A stretch of DNA of 63,278 bases, filler included, from Octopus bimaculoides (taxonomy: Eukaryota): assembly GCF_001194135.2 (NCBI RefSeq). It is 6 parts of 5 records of this genome, joined end to end, with 100 filler letters (N's around TTAATTAATTAA, not from the genome) between each part and the next. Parts side by side here need not be neighbours in the genome. Positions count along the whole stretch, not along the records: positions 1 to 22,952 come from NC_068993.1; positions 23,053 to 40,105 come from NC_068995.1; 4 more parts are not named here. One strand, 5' to 3'. Position numbers and translations under genes: made by a program. Of this stretch, positions 12,557 through 23,399 are shown in pieces; the stretch's first letter is position 1; the number at the start of each line of letters is the position of its first letter. The notes under the pieces are model-generated. The model was not told where the DNA came from and did no database searches. It was given only the letters and a program-made list of their open reading frames with translations.

Positions 12557-12778
12557 TCAACGGAGATGTATCAGAGTGCGAGGGAGTGACTTCATCAGCG
12601 AATGTGTGTCTTGCCAAGAAGAGGGCGGCGAGGACGATGGCAGAGCGGAATTGAGAAGAAGATGCCGATGGGATTCTGGTCTGGTTCGTATCGGTTTTCC
12701 AATAGACACCAACACCAACGCCATCACCACCGCCACCGCCGCCGCCACCGTATCTATTGTCGCCACTGCCTCCTCCAT
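12557..12778 (-). CDS. Candidate 73-aa small ORF with an N-terminal hydrophobic segment
   Basis: aaaacgATGG context; MEEAVATIDTVAAAVAVVMALVLVSIGKPIR...IHLR*; GC-rich unique island. The hydrophobic run partly derives from GGC/GGT triplet repeats. Confidence 0.2.
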   Translation of the reverse strand: MEEAVATIDTVAAAVAVVMALVLVSIGKPIRTRPESHRHLLLNSALPSSSPPSSWQDTHSLMKSLPRTLIHLR

Positions 12779-13103
12779 CGTTTTTCTTCGATTACAATCA
12801 ATATTTCCTAAGTGTCTGCGTGTCGCCGAGTGTGCATATTTGCTTGTATACATGCGTGTGTTTTTGTGTGTGCGCCTGTTTGCATGCATACGTTCGCGTG
12901 CGTGCATGCGTATGTGTACGTCTGTGAGCGCGTGTGCTTGCATTTTTCCCCCCTTCGGAATTTGAGCCGGACACTCTGCTAGAGCGAGGAATCTTCCCTC
13001 AGCGATTATTGCTCTTCAATAGCAGAAATAATTAAGATGTGACACATAAGCAGTGGATCCTTATTGCATTTCATTTCATTGCTATTATGTTCCAATTGGT
13101 GTT

Positions 13104-13147
<44 letters not shown>

Positions 13148-13902
13148 CATACAAACACAAAAACGGTGTTTTGGTATGCGTGCAAATAAATCTACATATA
13201 TAACCTGCAAATGTACGCGTGTTCATATATTTACGCANNNNNNNNNNNNNNNNNNNNNNNNNNNNNNNNNNNNNNNNNNNNNNNNNNNNNNNNNNNNNNN
13301 NNNNNNNNNNNNNNNNNNNNNNNNNNNNNNNNNNNNNNNNNNNNNNNNNNNNNNNNNNNNNNNNNNNNNNNNNNNNNNNNNNNNNNNNNNNNNNNNNNNN
13401 NNNNNNNNNNNNNNNNNNNNNNNNNNNNNNNNNNNNNNNNNNNNNNNNNNNNNNNNNNNNNNNNNNNNNNNNNNNNNNNNNNNNNNNNNNNNNNNNNNNN
13501 NNNNNNNNNNNNNNNNNNNNNNNNNNNNNNNNNNNNNNNNNNNNNNNNNNNNNNNNNNNNNNNNNNNNNNNNNNNNNNNNNNNNNNNNNNNNNNNNNNNN
13601 NNNNNNNNNNNNNNNNNNNNNNNNNNNNNNNNNNNNNNNNNNNNNNNNNNNNNNNNNNNNNNNNNNNNNNNNNNNNNNNNNNNNNNNNNNNNNNNNNNNN
13701 NNNNNNNNNNNNNNNNNNNNNNNNNNNNNNNNNNNNNNNNNNNNNNNNNNNNNNNNNNNNNNNNNNNNNNNNNNNNNNNNNNNNNNNNNNNNNNNNNNNN
13801 NNNNNNNNNNNNNNNNNNNNNNNNNNNNNNNNNNNNNNNNNNNNNNNNNNNNNNNNNNNNNNNNNNNNNNNNNNNNNNNNNNNNNNNNNNNNNNNNNNNN
13901 NN

Positions 13903-13958
<56 letters not shown>

Positions 13959-14059
13959 TATCTATGTTGTGTTGGGGTAACGTGTATACATGTGTGTGTG
14001 TGTGTGTATGTATACATGCATATTTATGCCAAGTTCGGAGGGGAGGGGCTGCATTCTGT

Positions 14060-14165
14060 AGAAATGCCGGTCACCGCTATGGCACCGCTACTTATGGTAA
14101 TCGATCTCGGAAAGATGAAAGGAAGACTGGACATGGGCGGGATGCGAACGCATAACGTAAGCGGA
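14060..14165 (-). mobile_element. SINE family A fragment (head and core)
   Basis: cttatggtaatcgatctcggaaagatgaaaggaagactggacatgggcgggatgcgaac matches the family A core. Confidence 0.55.
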
Positions 14166-14247
14166 CACACATACATACATACATACATATATACATACAT
14201 AGACACACGCACATGTATACATATATGCAAACACACATATACATATT

Positions 14248-14292
<45 letters not shown>

Positions 14293-14681
14293 GCACAACA
14301 TATATACATGCATACACATGTATGTATGTATATATGTAGGTTTGTTTGTGTGTGCATGAATGCATATGCATCACGCATCCACGCGTCCATTCACACACAA
14401 ATCTGTAATCAGCGTTCGATTATCTTCGATATTTAAAATGTCAATCACAGGTGTTAAACTGGTGTCACCTCTCTCGTTAATTCTTTGCGTTGTGTGTGCG
14501 TGCGTGCTGCTTTACTTTGAAATTTCTACCTTTTTTGTTTTGTTTGTAATGCTGTCTTGTTTTATTTGCGAAATGTTGCGAACTTAACAACGGAGGAAAT
14601 TCCATAAAGAAAGAATATTGGTAAGTAAAATCTCTACATGGCAGTGGATGGTTTAAAAACAAAACATTGCGGAGTAATAAT

Positions 14682-14712
<31 letters not shown>

Positions 14713-14911
14713 GCCTTCATCATCAACAGCATCAATGTTGGTAGACGGGCCAACGATGGAATTTATATACCGCCCGCTCGACCGGACAAAGTTAGCACAG
14801 AAATTCTACCTGGAATCGCTTCGAACTTACTGTCTTTAAAAGGAACAATTAATATCTCTGTATACACATAAGTTCATATGTAAATACATATGTGTGTGTG
14901 TATGTATACAT

Positions 14912-14996
<85 letters not shown>

Positions 14997-15282
14997 CACA
15001 ATCGTAGCTAGAATGTGTGTCGCCCGGGGAAGACCGCTCCTACTGCCCCCAGCTACACTAGTGCATGTATACATACGTACATGTATATATGCATATACAC
15101 ACATACATCTGAATCCTCCCCACCCCAAACAAATATAATAAATAAGTTGTAGATAAACTAATCTTTTAGACAGGACTAAAATGTCTCTGACCACAGGTCT
15201 AACTGGATCCAGGTTGATCTGGGATAAACGATCGCATCATTACCACCACCAACAACAACAACACTAGCGACATGATAATAAT

Positions 15283-15460
15283 TCTTTCTACTATAGGCAC
15301 AAGGTCTGAAATTTTGGGTCGATTACATCGATCACTCAGTGTTCAGCTGGTGCTTATTTTATCGACCCCCGCGAAAAGTTGAAAATGCAAAATCGGCCAC
15401 GGCGGGGGAAGACTTCGAACTTGGAACATCAGGACGGACGAAAGGCCGCTAAGCGCTTTT
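15283..15460 (-). mobile_element. SINE family A
   Basis: ttctactataggcacaaggtctgaaattt...atcgacc...ggacgaaaggccgctaagc. Confidence 0.8.
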
Positions 15461-15988
15461 NNNNNNNNNNAAACTTAGCTTTTAATTGATGTAGTTACTT
15501 TTTTGTTGCCATTGTTGCTAATGATGATGATGATGTCATTGTTGGTTATATTGTTGTTGTTGTTTTGTGAAAAGAAAATGAAATTTGTTGCAATTAGAAA
15601 AATGAGAAGGAATATAATATAATAATATGAAATAAAACGTAAAAAAAAAACCTGACAATTCATTGTGCAGATATTTGCGAAAAAAAAAAAAAAAAATAAC
15701 GTTTATAGATTATTAATTATTTATATATATTTATTTTTTTTGCGAGTATTTATTATTATTATATATATTTTTTGCTTTTTCGTTTATTTTTTTCTTTCTT
15801 TTCTTTACTTTTTTCTTTTCCATATTGGCGGAAAATATGTGAAGGAAAAAGACCCCGTCTATCGATTGTCTTCCCCACTCCCTAACCTGCGTGTATCTTT
15901 CCCTCTATGTGAGTTGAGCTGTGTGTTACAGGATACTGTCATTATTGAGTGCTTAATTAGAAATGCAATAATAATAATAATAATAATT

Positions 15989-16205
15989 CTTTCTGCTAAA
16001 AGCACAAGGCCTGAAATTTGCGAGGAGGGGACTAGTTGATTACATCGACCCAGTGTTTCACTGGTACTTAATTCATCGATCCCGAAAAGATGAAAGGCAA
16101 AGTCGATCTCGGAGATATTATTTGAGTTCAGAATGTAAAAATCCGGAAGAAATGCCGAGAAGCATTTTATCCGGCGTGCTAACGGTTCCGCCAGCTCGCC
16201 GCCTT
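15989..16205 (-). mobile_element. SINE family A
   Basis: Full-length pattern ending ccgccagctcgccgcctta. Confidence 0.85.
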
Positions 16206-16364
16206 ATTAATTATAATTGTTTCAATATTTGGCAGAAGACATCGAAAGGACGATCAGTAAAGTCCAACTTCTACGAAATTTGAACGCAGTGCGTAAAGTG
16301 CCAGAAAAAGTGCTGTTGAGCAGTTTGTGCGACGCACTTACGATTCTGCATGCTCGTTGCTTTA

Positions 16365-16515
16365 TGGGTTCAAACTTTAGAATAAAGTCAGCAATTTTAG
16401 AAGGAGAGTGTTAGCCGTTTGCATCGACTTCGGTACTTCACTTGTACTTATTTTATCGGCCTCGAAAAGGTGAAACGCAAAGAAGATCTCAGTCCAGTTT
16501 CGAACTCAGAACATC
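16365..16515 (-). mobile_element. SINE family A (diverged)
   Basis: ggttcaaactttag...atcgacttcggtact...gaaaaggtgaaacgcaaag...cgaactcagaac. Confidence 0.65.
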
Positions 16516-17244
16516 ATCTCCCACATTAGTATTACAATAGAGTTAAGTACCAGTAAAATACTGCGGGTCGATGCCTATTTCTATTATGCCTCCACAAATG
16601 TGAATAGAATAACAACGGAAGAAGATACAGCAGAAAAGCTGGAAATGCGTGTGGAGGTGAATGTATTTAAAAGTGTGTGTGTGTGTCTGTAAGTATGTCA
16701 GTGTGTTTGTGTCTGTGTAAGCATTTCAGTGTGTGTGTGTGTGTGTGTCTTTGTGCGTACGCGCGTGTGCGGCTGGGTGAATTAGGTGCTAACCTATTGT
16801 GAAGAATTTTTTTTTTAAAGAGAACTTTGCCTGATTATTACAACATGCGTTTGTGCGCGCACCTGTGCGTGTTGAATAAGTGTATATGTGTGCGTGTGTG
16901 TGTATATGTGTGAGCGCGTGCGCGCGCTTGCAATTACACGTGTGAATATTAATGGTGATAATATGAGCTTATTGTATACGGTGCTCAGGTGCGTTACAAT
17001 AATTATTGTCTGTGTGTGTTGTTTCGTATATGTACCTGTGCGTGTGCTGTGTTTTGTATACATACGTGTGTGTGCGTGTGTAGGTGTCAAAGCCTTTCCC
17101 TTATTGCGTGTGTACACGTCTACCGAAGAGAAAAAGGCAGCAGGGCACTATCTAGAACTTGTGGTAACACTTAAAAAACAAACAAAAAAGCGATATTTTA
17201 GCATTAACAGAAACCACTTTCATTCTTTTGTTAGAACCAGTTAT

Positions 17245-17610
17245 TAATCTACAGCCATGCTGGAGCACCGCCTTCAAAGGTTTAGTCGATAACATGGACG
17301 CCAGTACAGATTTTCAGTCCAGTATTAAATTTATAAATATCTATTTGCCGAACCGCTCGGTCACATGACATAACATCCACACCTACAGCAGCAGTTGTTT
17401 TCTTAAAGGCTAATTTAAACACACACACACACATGTACCCACAAAACAGATTTCTTCATCAGTTTTCATGTACCAAATTCCATCAGTAGGGCATTAGTCA
17501 ATCTATATAACATGTCGCTAGGGTATAGACTAGTCGCCAAAGTTGCCGTACATTGGAAGCGAACGCGGAAACGCTTGGTTGCAAAACCGCACTTCTTAAC
17601 CGCACAGCTA
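17245..17610 (-). mobile_element. SINE family B
   Basis: cagccatgctggagcaccgcc (reverse complement of the tail) through ...cttcttaaccgcacagc (reverse complement of the head). Confidence 0.7.
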
Positions 17611-17715
17611 TTTTCACCCAATAAATGGTAACTCATATATACGCAACATTATACACACATAACACTGCACACATACAGCATTATAAATGAATTACATAAT
17701 ATACACATACAGCAA

Positions 17716-17805
<90 letters not shown>

Positions 17806-18129
17806 TACACTAAACTACAGACAAACAACACAATAAGAACACTGCACTGTATACATATAAATATATATACAATATACGTACATACATGCATGTATACACA
17901 CATAAAACCCTGCGTTAATATAATATATACATACTGCAATATGCTATATATATACGCTACACTATATACACACAAGCAGGCGGAAGGCGTTCAGTTACAT
18001 AATCACTAGGCCTATTCCGATCAATACAGTCAGGTCTGTCCCAACAGATTGCTTTATAAATGACGGCAGAGACCATAGAACTTTATTAAACTTTTCCGAC
18101 AGCAGTAGGCTAGCAATATCTATAAAACA

Positions 18130-18161
<32 letters not shown>

Positions 18162-18504
18162 ATAGCCACTGGGAGACTGGTAGATGTGTGTGTGTGTATA
18201 CATAGGCAAATAAATAGATATAGACAGACAAGCTTCGGTCAGTTACGAATTACGAGTCAAAGGCTAACTGCTCCGTGTTTCTCAATGAAGAGTAGCCACC
18301 ACTACCACCACCACCAACACCACCATCACTACTTCTACTACTACTATAACACAGCCTTTGATGTCCCATGGAAAAAATCTCTGCTGTATTCAGTTTGTGC
18401 GTCTCCTAGCCTACAACTTCATCACGACCTATCTATCTATCTATCTATCTATCTGTCTGTCTGTCTCTGTCTGTCTGTCAGTCTCTCTGTCTCTGAGTTT
18501 TTTC

Positions 18505-18625
18505 TCCCACACTTCCCAGTGACTGCACTTCCTACTTCCCGGTCTTGTCCGTCTCGAGCTTCTCTTCCGGTATATAAAGCCGGTCGTCGTCCAACACCGG
18601 CCCAGCCCGGCCCGGCCCGGCCGCT
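18505..18625 (+). promoter_or_regulatory. GC-rich promoter-like island: tandem ETS cores, TATA box, G4 motif
   Basis: ACTTCC at 18511, 18527 and 18534; CTTCCGG at 18564; TATATAAAG at 18571-18579; CCCAGCCCGGCCCGGCCC at 18601-18618 (four G3 tracts on the minus strand); CpG-dense against an AT-rich background. Confidence 0.6.
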
Positions 18626-18786
18626 TTTTGTATAGACCTGTCTGTTGTATGCTTTTTTTCCCCCCCACCACCATTGGAATCCATTCAACACCACCACCAC
18701 CACCATCATCATCATTGTCACCACCACTAATCAACCCATTGTTATACACACACACACACACGCACATTCTCTTGTTCATATTCCCC

Positions 18787-18822
<36 letters not shown>

Positions 18823-20304
18823 CATCACAATCCCAAATCCATCATCGTGTCTCCANNNNNNNNNNNNNNNNNNNNNNNNNNNNNNNNNNNNNNNNNNNNN
18901 NNNNNNNNNNNNNNNNNNNNNNNNNNNNNNNNNNNNNNNNNNNNNNNNNNNNNNNNNNNNNNNNNNNNNNNNNNNNNNNNNNNNNNNNNNNNNNNNNNNN
19001 NNNNNNNNNNNNNNNNNNNNNNNNNNNNNNNNNNNNNNNNNNNNNNNNNNNNNNNNNNNNNNNNNNNNNNNNNNNNNNNNNNNNNNNNNNNNNNNNNNNN
19101 NNNNNNNNNNNNNNNNNNNNNNNNNNNNNNNNNNNNNNNNNNNNNNNNNNNNNNNNNNNNNNNNNNNNNNNNNNNNNNNNNNNNNNNNNNNNNNNNNNNA
19201 TATATATATATATATATATATATAGATATATATAGGGGTCCTCTTCAGCTTATAGCTGTCTACCTATCTCCCCGTCCCCGCTACTTATCCAAAACCCCCA
19301 CACACACACACACATACACCTTTATATTCACGTCTTCCCTTCACCCCCTCCAATCATTTTTTCCTCTTCTTCTTCATCATCATCATCACCCTGTCGTTCA
19401 CCATCATCCTTCTCTCTCTCTCTCTCTCTCTCTCTCTTGCTCTCACTCTCTGTATGAGATATTTGCTGATCGTTGAGTCATAAGCAAGAAGTTCTGATCT
19501 AATGGAATTTTCTGGAATGAGAGAATAAATTCCTCACACACATACATCCCCCCTCTCCCTCCCCTACAGTATCTTCACTCACACAGTCACTCTCTCTTTC
19601 ACCCATCACATCATCTTTCTCTTCTAACCCCTACCCCCTCCCCTCATTCTGCATCACCTCACACTCATTCTCCTCTCACCTCAACCATCTCTTTATCCTC
19701 AACTTTCTCTATCTCTCCTCTTCCTTCTTACTCCCCCCCATCTTCCCTTTCTAGGGTTATATCCCTCCACNNNNNNNNNNNNNNNNNNNNNNNNNNNNNN
19801 NNNNNNNNNNNNNNNNNNNNNNNNNNNNNNNNNNNNNNNNNNNNNNNNNNNNNNNNNNNNNNNNNNNNNNNNNNNNNNNNNNNNNNNNNNNNNNNNNNNN
19901 NNNNNNNNNNNNNNNNNNNNNNNNNNNNNNNNNNNNNNNNNNNNNNNNNNNNNNNNNNNNNNACCACCACAACCACCATCGCCTTAGTCATTACCACCAC
20001 CACCACCACCGCTGTCATCACCCCCCCCGCCCTGCTTCTATCCCCAACTTAGTCATCAGCCCATTGCCTTTCATTATCTCTTACTGTCTTGTCTCTTTTG
20101 TTATCAACCCTCCCCCCCTTCGACCCTCTTCCACTGCCTACTGTTGCCTCCATACACACACACATACACGCAAACACATGCACACACACACATAGAAATG
20201 TCCATAGATGCTTACACCAGTGTGTATGTGTGAGAGTGTGTAAGAATGAATGTGCACAAGTTGTCAAAAACATACCCTCACTCTTACTACCACCTGTGTG
20301 CACT

Positions 20305-20335
<31 letters not shown>

Positions 20336-20390
20336 ATGTTAGTGTATCAGTAAGTTATAATGAAATGTGTCATACACACACAAACACACA

Positions 20391-20437
<47 letters not shown>

Positions 20438-20444
20438 TATATAA

Positions 20445-20915
20445 ATATTGCTTCCCAACCACATGGTTCCGGGTTCAGTCCTACTGTGTGGCATCTTGGG
20501 TAAGTGTCTTCTATTATAGCCTTAGGCCAACCAAAGCCTTGTGAGAGGATTTGGTAGATGGAAACTGAAAGAAGCCTGTTGTATATATATACCGGGATGG
20601 CCATAAATCAGTTTATCCATTTCTTTATTATTATTAGAAATGGGTAAAGCGACTTATGGCCATCCCTGTATATGTGTGTGTGTGTGTGTGTCTTTGCAGC
20701 CTTGTTTGTCCCTCCACCATTGCTTGACAACCGATGTTTGTGTTTATGTCCCTGTAACTTAGCGGTTCAAGAAAAAGAAACTGATAGAATGAGTATTAAG
20801 CTTTAAAAAATAAAGGTCCTGGGGTCGATTTCTTTGACTAAAAAAAAAAATCCTTTAAGGTGGTGCTCCAGCATGGCCACAGTCGAATGACTAAAACATG
20901 TAAAAGAATAAAAGA
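20445..20915 (+). mobile_element. SINE family B with heavy CpG>TpG/CpA decay
   Basis: ccaaccacatggttccgggttcagtcc...gtgtcttctattatagcc...ggggtcgatttctttgactaa...gctccagcatggccacagtc. Confidence 0.85.
20592..20668. mobile_element. 77-bp Tc1/mariner-type MITE
   Basis: About 31-bp imperfect TIRs (ccgggatggccataaatc... / ...gacttatggccatccctg) flanked by TA on both sides, inside the SINE's (TA)n tract. Confidence 0.75.
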
Positions 20916-20942
20916 ACACAAGCACATGCGTACATAATAATC

Positions 20943-21348
20943 TTTTCTACTATGAGCACGAGGCCTGAAATTTTAGGGGACGATTACATTAAACCCAGTA
21001 CTTGACTGGTACTTCAACTCATTGACCCTCAGAAGACAAAAGAGCAAATTTGATCTGAGCAGGATTTGAACCCAATACCTAATGACAGATGAAATGTCAC
21101 TAAACAATTTGTCTGGTGAGTTAATGATTCCACCAGCTCGTTAAGGCGGTGAGCTGGCAGAATCATTAGCACACCGCTATGTTCTGAGTTTAAATTCCGC
21201 CGAGGTCGACTTTGCCTTTCATCCTTTTGGCGGTTGATAAATTAAGTACCAGTTTCATACTGGGGTCGATGCAATCAATTATCCCCCCTCTCCAAAATTC
21301 CAGGCCTTGTGCCTATAATAGAAAGTTTTCCACCAGCTCGTCACCTTA
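20943..21348 (-). mobile_element. Older family A SINE interrupted by a nested copy
   Basis: Minus-strand pattern at 20943-21141 resumes at 21328-21348 after the insertion. Confidence 0.75.
21142..21327 (+). mobile_element. Younger family A SINE nested in opposite orientation, 14-bp TSD
   Basis: ttccaccagctcgt at 21128-21141 and again at 21328-21341; head aaggcggtgagctggcagaatc; core gaggtcgactttgcctttcatcc with CpGs intact. Confidence 0.85.
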
Positions 21349-21355
21349 CATAATA

Positions 21356-21555
21356 AGGATTTCAAATTTTGGTGTGAGACCAGCAAGTTTGGAAGGAGGA
21401 ATAAGTCAATTATATGGACACCAGTGTTAAACTGGTACTGATATTATCAACCCTGAGAGGGTTGATAAAGCCAAGGCAACCTTGGTGGAATTTGAACTTG
21501 GAACATAAAGATTGACAAAATGCTTCTCAGATTTTGCCTGGAGCAGTAATTATTG
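21356..21555 (-). mobile_element. SINE family A (CpG-decayed)
   Basis: ttcaaattttggtgtgagaccagc...ggtactgatattatcaaccctgagagg...ggtggaatttgaactt. Confidence 0.7.
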
Positions 21556-21899
21556 TCAACTCACTGCCTTTACACACATATATGATGATTGTAACAAAGT
21601 CATATACACAAAAGCACACACATATTTGCAGATACACACTGTGAAGCAACAACAACACATACACACACACACTGAGATAGTTAGGTAGATAGATAAATAG
21701 ATTGAAAGAGAGAGAGTGAAAGGGGTGAGTGTGCATGTATATACGTGTGTGTGTGTCTGTGTGGAGCCAAAGCAAGAATGGTTTAAGATGACAATAATTG
21801 CAAACAGTTAGCAAAATAAGACCAAGTGATAGATGTGTTATCTTTCTCTGCATTATTTCATTACAGTGAGGTGACACCTACTGGTGGGTGACAGGAGGA

Positions 21900-22370
21900 G
21901 GTGAGAAAATGAAGGTGGTGAGGGAGGCGATGGAAGGAAAAAGTGAACCATTAGTGATGATGGTAGCAGAGGAGAGGGAGTGGGGAGAGGTGTAGCGGTG
22001 GTGGAGGTGGAGGGAAGAGGTGACCTAATGATAGTGGAGGAAGGTGAGCTACTAGTAGTGGTGGTGGTAGAGGGAGAAGGTGAGCAAATGATGATGCTGG
22101 GAAGGTGAGGTACAGGTAATGGGATGAGATAAAGCTAATGATGATGGGGGGGGGGAAGGTGAGCTACCTGTAGTGGAGAGAATTATGATGGCGATGATGA
22201 TGGTGGTAGATGAAGTGAGCTGCTGGTGATGATGTTGGTCATGGTGGTAGTGAGAGCAATGGTAGAGGAGGAAGTAACAGAGCTAACATTGGCGGTAGGA
22301 GAAGATATGATGCGATGAGGTGAACTGCTATAGTGTTGGTGGTGATGGTGATGGTGGTGGTGGCATCAGG
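21900..22370. repeat. Degenerate purine/GGT-rich minisatellite
   Basis: Recurrent gaaggtgagcta units interspersed with (GGT/GAT)n; no long ORF found on the minus strand. Confidence 0.6.
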
Positions 22371-22906
22371 CAATTTCTCTGGGACACCCTGCTTATGGTG
22401 GTAGTGGTAGAGACGGCAAGGAACTCATATAGGACTCCACGTTGTAAACCTAGCAGAATTGGTAGAGCACCTGACAAAATGACCTAGGTGTTAAAGTTAC
22501 AATGGTACTTGTACTCAATGCATTCATATATCATGAAAGCCACTAAATAACTCGTAGTTTATTAGAAATAGCAGCCAAATCACCTTAAAAAAAAACCTAC
22601 CATCTTAAAATAAATATTAAAACTCAATTAGATAATGTGGTTTGAAAAACCATTAGGGATCTCTCCCACCTACTAAAGGATAAAAGAAAATGTGGGACAG
22701 GATGGTCACAGCTGGAATGGCACTGATTTAGGCTGACCTGGGGTTGAACAATGATACAGTGTGAACGTCGTTAGATAGATGTATGGCCCTGTCATAAGAT
22801 GTGTAAAGATCAGGTGCTACCTTGTTTTTATTTTACTGCCCTCTATAACTTGGTCCCTATGTCTATGGGCTTCAACTAATTACACACTCACCCCATATAT
22901 ACATGC

Positions 22907-22952
<46 letters not shown>

Positions 22953-23052
22953 NNNNNNNNNNNNNNNNNNNNNNNNNNNNNNNNNNNNNNNNNNNNTTAA
23001 TTAATTAANNNNNNNNNNNNNNNNNNNNNNNNNNNNNNNNNNNNNNNNNNNN
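22953..23052. other. Artificial scaffold join (44 N + TTAATTAATTAA + 44 N)
   Basis: The identical 12-mer is embedded in Ns at 22997, 40150, 56016, 59118 and 61849; it gives stops in all six frames. Confidence 0.95.
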
Positions 23053-23124
<72 letters not shown>

Positions 23125-23177
23125 TTAACATCAAAAAATAATTTAGGAATAAGAAACCAGGTTCGAAATTTCCCCGA

Positions 23178-23275
23178 GACACCTGATGAAGGCTGCAGGG
23201 TATATCAGCCGAATCATTGTGTTAACAACAAACAAGATGAGGACAAATATCCGTCAAATGTAAATAATGTAAATA
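23178..23275 (+). mobile_element. Penelope-type terminal repeat with a degenerate minimal hammerhead
   Basis: gacac-CTGATGA-a-ggctg-cagggtatat-cagcc-GAAT-ca-TT-gtgtt, then the tail aacaaacaagatgaggacaaatatccgtcaaatgtaaataat also seen at 52868-52920. Confidence 0.6.
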
Positions 23276-23399
23276 ATTGTATATTGGTATTGAGTATTTT
23301 GCTTTATACCGTGGTCCCCATCCTTTTTCTAAACAAGAATGAATATCGGTTTCAAATGTTGGCATAAGGCTAGTAAGTTAGGGGGAGCTAACAGTGACC

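Noticed and set aside
12333-12965. 210-aa plus-strand ORF as a gene
   Set aside because: Both ends are TG/CT microsatellite translation, and the middle is the antisense of GGC/GGT triplets; no recognisable domain.
14596-14626. Strong donor TTG|GTAAGT with a possible microexon
   Set aside because: No convincing adjacent acceptor; the 25-nt option has an in-frame stop in phase 0.
22997-23008. TTAATTAATTAA as homeodomain sites or a biological palindrome
   Set aside because: Synthetic scaffold spacer, repeated identically inside N runs.
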